From contig NC_087245.1 of NCBI RefSeq assembly GCF_037042905.1, positions 20,152,001-20,216,000 of the forward strand: a stretch of DNA of 64,000 nucleotides, given 5' to 3'. The notes under the pieces are model-generated. The model was given only the letters and a program-made list of their open reading frames with translations, was not told where the DNA came from and searched no databases. Position 1 is the first letter of the stretch. The number at the start of each line of letters is the position of its first letter. The DNA comes from Lytechinus pictus. Taxonomy: Eukaryota. Both the position numbers and the translations under genes were made by a program. This document shows, piece by piece, positions 1-12,385 of the stretch.

Positions 1-189
1 TGAAATAGAGTGAAACACGAGAGTACATCTCACAGATTCATGGTTAAGGACTATTTTTGCATCAATTTAATCGAGCAGACCACCAAAAAATCCCACCTTT
101 GTGAATCAATGTGTCAATATCTATGGATTTGTGTAGTGTTAGCAGTACCAAAGTGTAGTGGAACATACACGAACCATTACCTGGCTTAA

Positions 190-427
190 AGGTCAAGTCC
201 ATTTCATACAATAAAATACAAAAGAAATAGTGAGTGGATGACGTCATAGTCTCCTCATTTGCATACCAGCCTGGATGTGCATATAACTGTTTTGGGAAAT
301 TAAGCAAACATTAAATACCATAACTTTTTTTATTTTATATGGGATTTTGATGAAATTTTCAGTGTTATGCTTGTTCGATTTTTCTCTTTTTATTCAAATC
401 AACTTTTTGTTGGGGTGGACTTGTCCT
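190..427. mobile_element. Kolobok-like MITE (TTAA-flanked)
   Basis: TTAA-AGGTCAAGTCCA ... TGGACTTGTCCT-TTAA. Confidence 0.65.
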
Positions 428-3400
428 TTAAGTATCCATATAATATTCACTTAATGTTATGTTTTGCCCTCATTGGTAGATCTCTACTCGTATAGTGACT
501 GATTGTATTACTGACCGGCCTTGTATTTGTATCACCACACGCCCGCATTTACGCCTCAGAAAATAAGACAATACCTTTAAAACTTTGCAACATTATTCCA
601 AAGGGAAATTGAATAGAAAAAAAGTGCAAAATTAAAAACCCCAAAACACACTTTCAAAGTCTTTATTTTCTAAAAATAACAAAATATGGTCAAACTTTTC
701 CCCACAGAAAACACACGCTCAGTAATACAACACCATTTTCAAGTGACAAAAATATTTCAAAATGCGATGAGGGATGTGATTGGAAGCTGACAGCGTAAAA
801 AAGAAACTTATTATTATAACAATTATTTATAATCACTATTAAATTTTAGTATTTGTTAAATAATAATTTTTATGTATACATTGTTCTTCAAAACGGCACT
901 TTGTAACATCGCTAATAGTAGCTACATCATAACGAAGCGGTTCAAGGGTCAGATCTATTGTATTTGCTTTGTTGACAAACGGATCGAGGGATCTACACAA
1001 GATCGGTCTGGTAAGAAACCTTCAATTTTTCGCCTTTTCATTAACCAATTTTGGAAACCGTCATACGCATTAGGCGTATGAAGGTGTAAAAGTAAATAAA
1101 ATCACCATTTACGTGATTTTTATCTTGAAAAGATGGATTTCCTAGGGAAATCCATCTTTGTTTTGGTGAGTCTCTTATACATATATGGCAGGCGGTTCAA
1201 GGCTCCATGATGATCGTATATGTCAAAATATTGAAAAAAACATCATCATGGAGTCCTCAAGCCAGGCTAGTTCTTGGCTCCACTCACCAAATACAGAGAC
1301 CGAAGTTCTAGCTCAATCTGTACAGGGACTCAATGGCCATACTATAGTTTATGTCACTCATTCAATGAACAAGGTTTATGTATTAAATTTGGATAAAACA
1401 GGGAAGTGAAGTTGCACCACAGCCAAAGTAAGTCACTGTTTTTTCCCATTATAAGTTTATTTTTCCCCGTTTTGGTACATTTCAGGCCAAAAAGGAATTT
1501 AATAATCTTTATTTTGGTACTTTTGCCTTTTGGTAGTTCTTTTTATGAAATAAAGACAAAATCAAAAATCGATGAGCCCCGTCAGGGGGATTTTGCATTC
1601 TTAACCCCCTAATGATGGCTGCACGATAGCGAGCCTTACGTGTACGCAGGAGAAAATAAAACAAAAAATGTTAAAAAGCTCCTCGAAACAGACGGCTGCC
1701 AGCTGTCTAGGACACTTCACCACCATTACCGCACAGGAATCAACATGTGGGACTACAGTCTACAAATATCGCTCATCATCATGATTTTCAACCGTACAAC
1801 TCACCAACTAAGCATAATTTTTGCCGATTTACCAAGAGCCATAATTCATTACTTGCTTGAAAATAATTTCACAATAGAAATGCGATTAAACGGCGATGAG
1901 TCTTTGTGAGTTTGACTCTTTCTCCAACAGTCAACACTGATTCAGGCAGCGACACTCCACTTTCATAACCGGTACTTTTACGGTATACCTACTTTTACCC
2001 TTTTACCCTCGGTATTACCAACTTCCGGTTTACAGGACTAACTCTAGCAGACGACATTTATCTTCAATCAATGTTATACTAGAGTCTAATTAGAAATTAG
2101 AAAATCCTTCATACATGCATTTTGTTAAGAAATCACATAAGCTACTTTTTGGAAATAATTTTCCCCCAGGTCGAAAAATCAAGGACAGTCTAATAAAAAC
2201 AAGAAAAAAGTAAATAATGTCCCTGAATACGTGGCCGGTGTCGTAAGGGGGGGGGGGGGGGGGGACTACATGGGGCATCGGCTGCATATGGGCTTCCCTG
2301 AGGGTTTCTAGGAATGATAATGACATCACCAAGTGGGGCCACTGATCTGTACACTATCACTAATATTCAGATCAGTGAGCGGGGCCCAGTGCTTCATCAC
2401 TGCATATTGAGCATATGAGCTTCAAGGCCGGAATGACACATGCAACATGGCGAATGTTCAATGTGGGAAATTTTCTAAAAAGTCGGAGACCTTTTTAACA
2501 TGCAAATTTAATTTTGTGATATACTGATTCTACAAACAATATCATATTTCACAATTTTTCTGTATTTTCGTGTTTTACCTGGCCCCGGGTACCTGGCTTT
2601 CTCTTTCTTGCATGACCCGTGAAACCCCAGCTCTCATCTGTTAGCCAGAAGCCTATCAGTGATTTTTGTAAGTTATAAAAAAGGAGGGGAAAAAACAAAA
2701 AAGAAGGAGGCTGCATGCAATTCAATGGAGGGAAGGTTGATCGACATAAAGAATATTCAGGCCGGCCCTTATTGACCCCCCCCCCATCATCAAAATAATA
2801 TATCATCTCGCCTGAAATTAATTTATAAATGGCTTGGATCAGGCTGCAATGAATATTCTGCCGGGGGGGGGGGGCACTTCCATTGACGAGTGGATACCAG
2901 GCGCGACCAAAGAAACGCGTAAAAAGGATATCTTTTTCAAGATTCGCCGCGTTCCGTACGTAAAAGTAAAAAAAAAAGTATATTCAGAACAAAAGAGTTC
3001 GCTAGGAAAGCTACGTGCTTATAAATACGGTCAAATTTGCGAGGGTATATAAAAAAGACAAAAATGCTTTATAAAGGATGTTGGTCTACTTTTTCTCCCC
3101 ACACCTCGTGTTTAGAGTCCCGCCGATTTTAGCGAGTGTGTTATGTGCGTTCAGAAGTGTGCGGATCAAATAATAACATAATGTCATAAACTCTTCTGCT
3201 TCTTAATATTGCTGCTTCAAATCTAAAGCATGTTGATTGAAAAGCGTTTTCTAACACAGGGCATCAGCCAACAAAACCAAAACCAGGAAAGATGCCCCTT
3301 TGTAAATAATCAGATACGCCTTGATAGTCGCTACTGTCAAAACACCTGTATATTCTCATTAAGATGCACATAATCACTATGCGGCGGATCTCGTTCGATC

Positions 3401-4252
3401 AAAGAAATGCTAACGTTAAATGTCCATCTCTAATAGGTCCACGGTGATGACACCCAAGTTTATGTGCTGGTTCAAAAGAGTCATCAGAATGAAGCAATTT
3501 TGCAAATCCAGGATTGTATGACAGATATTAAGAATTGGTCTGTTCATAATGGTCTTAAACTTAATGAGGAGAAAACTGAGGTACTACATTTTACAAGTAA
3601 ATTTAGGCAAAGTAAATCCATTGAGTCCATTTCATTTGGTAACACGGTAATACATACTGTTGGTTCTGCTCGAAACTTAGGTGTTAGACTTGATGAGCAT
3701 TTGACTTTGTCAGGTCATGTGAAACAGATCTGTAAGGCTACTTCATTTGCTTTGCAAAAGATTGGGACAATTCGACCTTTTCTTTCGAAGAAATCAACAG
3801 AGAGACTTGTGCATGCTCAAGTAATGTCTCGCCTTGATTTCTGTAATGGTATTTTGTATGGCCTTCCTGAGAGTGAAATTCAGAAATTGCAAAGAATCCA
3901 AAATTCTGCTGCAAGGTTGGTGACTCGCACTAGACTATATGATCATATTACCCCAATCTTACGACAGCTTCATTGGCTTCCGATGGGACAGCGTATTGAA
4001 TTTAAGATATTGACGTTAGTTTTCTTGTGCATGCAGGAATTGGGCCCTGCTTATTTGCAAGAATTGATCACTAAATACTCTTCTGCAAGAAATCTACGTT
4101 CCAAATCAAAATGTCAGTTGGCTTCCCAGTCGGTGTTAACAAATTTATATGGTGCGAGGTCATTTCAACACGCTGCAGCAGAGCTGTGGAACAAGTTACC
4201 ATTTAACCTGAAACTTGCCGATACAATTGAGAGTTTTAAGAGTCTTTTAAAG

Positions 4253-5735
4253 CACTGGCGTAAATCCCGGGGGGATGGGGGGGATATATCCCCCCCCACT
4301 TTTCGAGGAGGGGGGGATGGCCTGTACAAACATCCCCCCACTTTTTACGAAAGAAATGAAAAAAAATCACAAGAGATAATTGTTTTATTGGTGAAAATTC
4401 TTCCTAAAATACCGCTTAACAAATAAAACAATATTATTGAATCATAAAATGCAAATAAAGAGCCAGTTCACAATTTCCAAACAAAATACTTATGTCCTTA
4501 TTATAACATTGAAGACAAACCCCCGTTTCTTCCAATTCATCAATGTTAGGGTCTTTGGGAAGGGATTAAGATGGAATGTCAAAAAAATATGAATGTAATC
4601 TGTAATAAAACCATTAAACCATCATGGGGTAAAAAAGATAATAATATTGGAGGGGTATTTGCCATATGGACATACAGTGGCGTAACTACGGGGGGCATGG
4701 GGGCACATCCCCCCATCGGCTGACCAAAAAAAAAAAAAAAAAAAACGGGGAAAGGGGGAAAAGAGGGAGAAAGGAATAAAAACATAGTGAAAGAAGAAAA
4801 TATTATTCATTATAATATATTATATCATAATTATGTTATGTTACATTACATAAGAAGCATTTTTATCATAACTTTATGATTTGCCCAGGGCCTACGTCTT
4901 CATTGTTCCTGGTGCTCGCACTGTCTGTTTAACGAGATATATAATCCTGTTGTACTGAAACATCCCGTTTTCAAGTCAATACAAACCAAATATATTTCCT
5001 AGCACTTGAGTTATCATTGTTTTATGTAGTGACATATATGCTTCTTTTTCATGTCTCAAAAAGTGATCGCCCCATGTTAAGGTCTTCGTATATATGAAAC
5101 ATTTCCTGTCCGTGATTACGTTCGCATTAGTGGATTGGTGAGATATGTCTGCTCTTCATGAATTCCGAAAAACAGTCCTTAAAATGTCCCTTCTTCTGAT
5201 CTGAATATCAAAAATTTTCAGCTCGCGCTTCGCGCTCGCATCACTTGGTTAATGAAATATGTATGGTCCTAGTTAATTCCTACAAAGAAACCTTAGAATG
5301 CCCCACTTCAGGTCTGAATTATCTAAATTTTCAGCTCGCGCTTCGCGCTCGCATTGTTTAGCGAAACAGGTACCTATCATAATTACACAAATTTGATTAT
5401 AATGTCCCTTTTTAGGTGTGAATATAAAAAATTTTAGCTCGCGCTCGCATTATTTGATCAGTGAGATACATATCCGTTTAATGACATTGTCCTTAAAATG
5501 TCTCTATTAGGTCAGTATAACTGGCAACTGAGCGCGCTTCGCGCGCTCACTAGCGCATTCACTCAGTGATTCAAAAATTTTGCTGGTGCCCCCCCCCCCC
5601 CAAAGCCGGGACCCACGGTACGCCACTGTGGACATATCAATGACAATTCCTCGCATATCTAAAAACATGATTGCAAACAAATGCCAAAATATTTCAGTCA
5701 TCCCCCCCACCCATCAACACGGATTTACGCCAGTG
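4253..5735. mobile_element. hAT-like non-autonomous element
   Basis: TIR CACTGGCGTAAATCC/GGATTTACGCCAGTG; 8-bp TSD TTTTAAAG. Confidence 0.85.
4675..5628. mobile_element. hAT-like MITE with internal GCGCGAAGCGC repeats (nested)
   Basis: TIR CAGTGGCGTA/TACGCCACTG; 8-bp TSD TGGACATA. Confidence 0.85.
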
Positions 5736-5955
5736 TTTTAAAGACACATTTCTTTCTTTCTTTATAATAATATTTTTGGAATTTGTGCCAAGGTATTTTC
5801 ATCTTTATATGACACTGACCATATATCTATTTCTCTTTTTTTCTCTTTTTCTTTTCTTCTTTCAAGCGCATAGGGACTTAAATTTACTTTTTGTGATATG
5901 CGCTATAAAAGAATGGTTCATTATTATTATTAAACAAAATCATAAACTACTCCAC

Positions 5956-6042
5956 CACTAGCGTACATACGGGGGGCAGACTGCCCCCCCCCCTGACGAG
6001 TCACAACCCATGCAAGGGACATATCCCTGCCCCCTTGACGAG

Positions 6043-6079
<37 letters not shown>

Positions 6080-6207
6080 TGTCCAATTTTTTTCTGGTAC
6101 GAAATCCTTTATTTCTGGTTGAAGACCTTTTTTTTTTTTCCTTGTCAAATTTTTAGGCGGCCGATTTTGCCCCCCCCCCCCTGTGGAAAATCCTAGGTAC
6201 GCCACTG
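5956..6207. mobile_element. hAT-like MITE
   Basis: Termini CACTAGCGTAC/GTACGCCACTG; 8-bp TSD TACTCCAC; related inverted copy at 9272-9585. Confidence 0.82.
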
Positions 6208-6364
6208 TACTCCACGAAAAAATCGAAATGTCCAACCATTTCACTACGAAACATCGAAATTGCAATCAATAGAAACTTCAATACTCAGTGAATGTTCCTT
6301 GTCATAAATCTTTTATTTCCGTGGTCCACCCCAACCCCGAATGTCGTACATTATAGAAAATACG

Positions 6365-6484
6365 AACAACATGATTTCTGTCTGAAATAATGATTTTCTT
6401 GCACCCCCTACATTAAAAAAAATTAATTTGTTTAATGTAGGGCACTGCAAGAAAATCATTATTTCAGACAGAAATCGTGTTGTT
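6365..6484. repeat. 120-bp palindrome with essentially no loop
   Basis: AACAACATGATTTCTGTCTGAAATAATGATTTTCTTGCA... mirrored; centre AATTAATT. Confidence 0.85.
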
Positions 6485-8074
6485 AATAATGAACCACTCC
6501 ACGGGAAAAAAAAAAGAAATTTCCAACCATTTTACGACAAACCATAAAAATTGCAACTTCAATACTGCAATAATTGATTAATGTGCAAGCATTCTGTAGC
6601 GATGCCCCAGATAACCCTGACTTCTCACCAGCTAGTCACCCCCGCCACCACCCCTTCATGAACTGACATGCCCCATGATGTCAGAGTGAAAATGATGTAG
6701 GCTTATACCAGAAGAACTGCATTTATTTTCGTAATGCAATAGCCATTTATACCGATATCACAAAATTATCATGATTGTAAAAAAATATATCAAATGCCCC
6801 CGAAGCAATAATTTTTATAAGACTTCTTCTATTTCATCTTCACATATACCGTACCGCGTACATTTAATACAAAAACGATTTTTAGTCGTAAGTTTCAGAC
6901 TTAAAAGTGAATGAGATCGAGCATATTTTACTCACTTTAATTTCCCGATCAAATATCGATTTAGGCCTAGATAGAGGATAAGGTGGTGAGTGAGCATATT
7001 TGAATTTTTTTAGTTGTATCTAGTGCAATCTAATATTTATAGCAATTGGTAGTTGGTTCGTAATTTCATTCATTTATGAAATCACTTGCCTTACATTTTT
7101 TGTGTAGCCCCACATGTGGCATTTTTTGATGGAAAGAAGAGCACTGAAGGCAGCTGAAATTAGAGTAACCCAGGGAACTCCCGCCCACTGCGCGGGCGGG
7201 AGCCCAGGGGCTTACCGTGTATTTGACCATACTCACGGGACTAGCGTGATTTATGGTCTAAATATTTCTCCAAGTCCAAATGAATTGTGAAAACAGAAAT
7301 TATGCACTTACCACGATTATATGGATGAAGGTCTAACGAGTGGCAGTTTCCTGAGTTGACATCCACTCCTAGTACCAATGAGGTCCAAACATTACATGTA
7401 TGGACCTCATAGGCGACATCAGTGATAAAACCGGTTAGACATTGCCGTTTCTATTTGCACCCAAGAACTTTGGCAAATGTACGCCTTAATACATAGTGGA
7501 TGGTAACAATTTAGGTATTAATTAGTTTTAAACATGATAAGGAAACTTCTACGACATTTGAAATTTAATGGATTGAGGTTAAACTTACATTTTCAGTCTT
7601 TTTTCTTGAATTCTTGGTGAGCGTTCCAAACGCTGTGGGGACTGATCAACTACGATGTGATTCACGTACTGGTCAGCTGATCGGTCAGGTGATCGGTTGG
7701 TTATCTTTTTGTCAGACGTTCATAATTTATATTACAATATATCAATCTTCAGTATCTTGATTTCAATTATCAGTATTGCAGGGAAAAGTCATTATCGATT
7801 GGAATCAATGGCAGATCGGGGGGGGGGGGGGGGGGTTGAGCATTTCTGGCCCGTTCCACCTTTTGAGATTCATAGTCAATATTTTGGATGTAAAAAAAAA
7901 ATGTCGTTCGTACAAAGTTAAGTCCCCCCCCCCCCCACCTCCTTATGAGAATCACAGCAATATTTGTAATGGGGATATTTTGTTCATATTCTTTGCTCTT
8001 TTTTGTCCTTTTCTTTTTTGCTTCCCAAATTTATTTTACTTTGAACATATGACTTTCTATATTTAATGACAAAC

Positions 8075-8950
8075 TTTTTTAGGGGGGTGGGGGCTTGCCA
8101 AATATAACGCGCGACAAGATGACCTTCTTTTTTTAGTGACAACTTTTTTTTTATTTGTCAAATTTTACGAGAGACAAAATGACCTTCGATCATTATTAAT
8201 TAAACCTTTTTTTTGGAGGGTAGGGGGCTCGCCAAATAGTGACACACTTTTTTTTGTAAAATGTTATGCAAGAAAAAATGATCTTCAATCATTATCAGCT
8301 ACCTTTCATTTTTTTTTAGGGGGGGGGGGGCTTGTCAAATTTTACGTGGGACAAATGACCTTCATTTTTTAGTGATTTTTTTTTTTATACTTGACAAATT
8401 TTAAGAGGAACAAAATGGCCTTCAATCATTTTTAGTTAAAACCTTTTTTTGGGAGGGGGGCTTGCCAAATATTTCACAAACAAAATGAACTTCAATTTTA
8501 GTGACCATCTTTTTATTACTTTTAAAATTTCACGCAGGACAAAATGACCTTCACTTTTTTTTAATGTTATGTTATATCGAGATTTTTTACCTGACTGCTA
8601 AAAAAGCACGAATGCCTGTGAGCAAGCAACCAGGGGACCAACGGCTTAAGGTCCTCTCCGAGGGACCTGGTAATGAGGATAAGCCTTAAGGGCACTAGCG
8701 CACCACTTGGGAATCGAACCCGGGTCACCGGAATCCGAAACCCCTGCTCTACCGACTGAGCCATCGCGCCTCCGATATGTTAAACTTGGGGGGGGGGGGG
8801 GGGGCTTGCCAAATATTACACGGACAAAATGAGTCTTTTATTTTTAGTAACCATCTTTTCTTTTTACTTGTCAAATCTTACGCGAGACAAAATGACAATT
8901 TTTCTGTGATAACCTTTTTGGGGGGGTTGTCAAATTTTACTTGAGAAATT
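8075..8950. repeat. Degenerate tandem array (CTTG(C/T)CAAAT...CAAAATGACCTT units with G-runs), interrupted by the SINE
   Basis: Motif recurs about every 55-65 bp. Confidence 0.7.
8560..8773 (-). mobile_element. tRNA-derived SINE
   Basis: Minus strand begins GGAGGCGCGATGGCTCAGTCGGTAGAGC (A box) ... GGTTCGATTCCC (B box), followed by a non-tRNA body and an A-rich/(TAACA) tail. Confidence 0.8.
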
Positions 8951-9271
8951 GCACCCCCCTACTTTGGAAAATCGAAGATTAAGATCATGAGTATAGCCTA
9001 CATCTCAGAGGCATAAACAGATGGGGGCATGGCTGGCCATCCCCCGAGTGGATTTCACCTGAAAAAAAAAACATAGGAGCAACGGAAGGAAGAAAGAAAG
9101 AAAAATGAAAGAAAGAACGAAAGGAAATTTAAAAAGGAAAGTAATGTGAGAACAAATAATCCGGGGGGGGGGGGGGGCTACTCAGATAATAAAAAAATCT
9201 GCCATCTGTAATTAAATTGGATTAGTTAATATCCAGAGGTCCCAGGGCTACCAACATACATGTAGCGCGGG

Positions 9272-9585
9272 CAGTGCATGGCGTACCTAGGATTTTCCAC
9301 AGGGGGGCAAAATCGGCCGCCAAAAAATTTGACAAGCAAAAAAAAAGGAAAAAAAGGCTCTTCAATGAAAAAGGTCTTCAATCGTACCAGAAAAAATTTG
9401 ACAAGCAAAAAAAAAGTCTTCAAGCTCGCCAGGGGGGGCAAAATAGGTATTCAAGCTCGTCGGGGGGGGGGCAAAATAGGTTTTCAAGCTCGTCAGGGGG
9501 GCCGGGGGGCAGAGATATGTAATTTGCATGGGTTTGTGACTCATCGGGGGGGGGGGCAGACTGCCCCCCCCTAGGTACGCTAGTG
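9272..9585. mobile_element. hAT-like MITE, inverted relative of 5956-6207
   Basis: Shares GGCGTACCTAGGATTTTCCACAGGGG and GGGCAGACTGCCCCCC...GTACGCTAGTG ends; no clear TSD. Confidence 0.7.
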
Positions 9586-9984
9586 CTCGGCCCCTGCACA
9601 GACTCGTCTACATTGATTTCGATATTTAAGCGTCATTATAAAATTATAGCAAAAAGAACGCCTTGATTAAAGGCCATTACCCCTAGAGACTCGCGAGCGT
9701 CATGTGACAACTCGCCCTGGATTTGCACGTACAGGATCCTATGGCGACAAAATCCATCGCAAGAGTTGGCCAGAAGAGGCGATGAAAACACAAAATTTGG
9801 AAAGAAAAGAACCCGTGAGTACCCGTTTTACATTATAATTATGAAATTAGTATATAATTGATAACATAGACCTAAATTTAGGCCGTAATTTTGATTAATT
9901 TGCTGGAAATTCAAGGCCAAAACGTACCCGTCTGGCGTCGACTTTTCCAACACGCGTTGGAATAGCGGTGTAGCCCCAGAGTGT

Positions 9985-10165
9985 TGACATCGAGGCACAG
10001 ACTGGAAGTAGGAACTTCAAAAAAACGAAAACTAAGTTCTCTCCTTCTACCCCCGTCTCGATCGGCCATTTTGTTACGATTCATAACAAAAATGGCCGAT
10101 CGAGACGGGGGTAGAAGGAGAGAACTTTTCGTTTTTTTGAAGTTCCAGTCTGTGCCTCGATGTCA
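9985..10165. repeat. ~180-bp near-perfect palindrome
   Basis: TGACATCGAGGCACAGACTGGAA...GGCCATTTTGTTA-cgattca-TAACAAAAATGGCC...TTCCAGTCTGTGCCTCGATGTCA. Confidence 0.92.
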
Positions 10166-10350
10166 GGAAACTGCCACTCGTTAGACCTTTTCTTTATCCA
10201 TATAATCGTGGTAAGTGCATAATTTCTGTTTTCACAATTCATTTGGAGAAATATTTAGACCATAAATCACGCTAGTCCCGTGAGTATGGTCAAATACACG
10301 GTAAGCCCCTGGGCTCCGGCCCGCTGTGCGGGCCGGAGCTCCCTGGGTTA

Positions 10351-10440
10351 AAATTAGAGGTGACACGGGCACGGCGACGGTTGACGCTCCTAGTATGACA
10401 ATTTGCTCCGGTTGTATTATCTCAAAGGGCATAGGGTTAA
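10351..10440 (+). promoter_or_regulatory. Candidate AAMP promoter / non-coding first exon region
   Basis: The AAMP ATG exon begins at an acceptor, so an upstream non-coding exon is implied; this is a nearby short CpG-containing, non-repeat segment. Confidence 0.3.
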
Positions 10441-11906
10441 GATTGTAAAGTTGTTTTTGGTTTAGAATACTGTAAAGATAAGGATTATTATGAATTAGAC
10501 TAGATCTATTTGGAGGTTATTATGAATATGAATTTGACTCGGACTCGTTGGAGCAATTTGTTGGCTGGAGTCTAGTTTTTTAACATTTTTATTGCATATG
10601 TAGCATATTGGTCAATCCTATAGGCTATACTCTGTGGGCTAGTGGCTAGAAATAGGCATTGTAAAGTCTTTATGCTGACCTAGGACTGTTTGAGCCTCTG
10701 AGAGAGGAGCCGTGGAAACATGTCACATCATGTCAATAGATAATCAACTTGGCTGCCAGAAAATGTGAAAATGTCCTAAGTTTAACTACATTTTTCACTC
10801 AAAATATAGAAAGAAAATTTGAAGCCAACTCCCCTATTGACGTTTTAGACACATGTCTACAGCACAAATCTAGTGCCATTGCCTAGCCCACTTGTTCACT
10901 GCAACCTGCCTGTGGGGAATCTACAGGTAGGACTATGGCATGCCAATGCTCACTCACACGTATTGCGAGGTTAGTATTAGTATACTAACCTCGCACCACA
11001 AACCGCGTTTGGCAGTGGATTTCTAACTAGTGGGTCGCGCGTGCTGGGATCTCACTTCTTGGGTCCACAACACACGACTTCTATGGCTTGATTTTTCTGT
11101 GCGCAGCGGCATGTAATGAACCCTTTGGTGGCCAATGCTGTACAGAGCACACACTTTAAAAAATTATTAAAATATCACTTTTGTAACCATAATTACTAAT
11201 TTCCATACAGTTGCAATTTATTTTTCATTTGTAACTTGGGAATAATTTTTGTATTCACTAGAGCGCTCAAAAACTTGAATTTTGGGCATATTTTTGTGTA
11301 CGCCCTCTGTTGGTGGAAAGTAATATGGGAAGAAAATTTTCATTTTTTAATCTCTATTTTTTATTAAGAAAAAAATAATTTAAAGAATCAAATTGAATTA
11401 AGGGCCAAGTTGTATGACGAGTAGGTGTAATGGAAACTGTCAGTGTAAAAATATCAAGCATTTGTCCCATAGAAAAAGAGAAAATAAGCCAAACATTGCC
11501 ACCCTTATTTTGCCACACATGGAGATATAACTGAGAACAAGGTTATATCATAACCTTGTTCATTGAATGAGTGGCCTAGCCTATCTATGGACAATTACAT
11601 GCACTGCAAATTTGACGGAATAAAGCAATATTTTGGTATGTATTTCCACTCCCCCATCAAATAAGTTCTATTTTAGGGCTAGATATTGTATTTTGATCCT
11701 TCTCAATATTTTTATTTTCAATTTTAGCGGGGGGTTCATATGGAAGTCTTGCCGAGAACTTGAATAAGGGTGCACATTTGGGGCTTTTTCATAGATCTAT
11801 AGACTAACTTGTTTGCACCATTTTGACTCCTATTTTTGTTGCTAGTATGCATACTTTGACCTCTTTATCATTTACATGTATGGTAATGCATGCCATATGG
11901 TATTAT

Positions 11907-12385
11907 AGGAGAAGTTCACCCTGGCAAAAAGTTTCTTGTAAAAATATCAGAAAATATAATGAAAAAATTGCCAAAGGAATATCCATCAAAGAATGAAATA
12001 AGTTATTAGAATTTGAATTATTTGATTTGTGACATCATATGTGAGCAGCTTTCCAACATATCGTATGGTAAAAAAATCAATGAAATGTCATTTTCTCAGA
12101 AAATTGAAAATTATTTTTATTGCACCTTCAGTATATCAATAGACAAATCATTTCACACCCATTCCTAAAATGAAATGATTGAAAATATGAAATATTGAAA
12201 CTTATGCATTTTGTATAGTATAACTTATGGGGAAACTGCTTGTTTATAACGTCACAAATCCAAAACTTTTAATTCTAATAACTTATTTAATCTTGATTGG
12301 ATTTCCCTCAAACCTTCATCATTATTCTTTAAATAATTTTTCTGCGAGTTTTACAACCAACTTTTCTTTAGGGTGAACTTCCTCT
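11907..12385. mobile_element. Kolobok-like MITE
   Basis: AGGAGAAGTTCACCCT ... AGGGTGAACTTCCTCT-TTAA with internal inverted symmetry. Confidence 0.62.

Larger units (their letters stand above)
3437..5932 (+). mobile_element. 5'-truncated L2-group LINE, interrupted by nested MITEs
   Basis: RT C-terminal region (DDTQVY, LKLNEEKTE, LHWLP). Removing the 4253-5735 insertion and one TSD restores FKSLLKTHFFLSL*. 3' UTR with gcgcata...tatgcgc stem and (ATT)n tail at ~5865-5932. Confidence 0.88.
7166..10350. mobile_element. Non-autonomous Mutator-like (MULE) DNA transposon, ~190-bp TIRs, 9-bp TSD
   Basis: 7166-7354 is the reverse complement of 10163-10350; direct repeat AAATTAGAG at 7157-7165 and 10351-10359; no transposase ORF; superfamily inferred from long TIRs and the 9-bp TSD. 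Confidence 0.78.

Noticed and set aside
640..1720. Possible DNA transposon relic sharing CACTCATTCAATGAACAAGGTT with the reverse strand at ~11552-11575
   Set aside because: I could not define termini, TSD or class, so it is not listed as a feature.
4253..4426. Novel C-terminal extension of the 320-aa RT-like ORF
   Set aside because: It is read-through into the inserted hAT-like element; the true LINE C-terminus resumes after 5743.
8700..8773. tRNA-like sequence with A and B boxes
   Set aside because: I could not build a proper acceptor and anticodon cloverleaf, and it runs into a SINE body and tail; called a SINE, not a tRNA gene.
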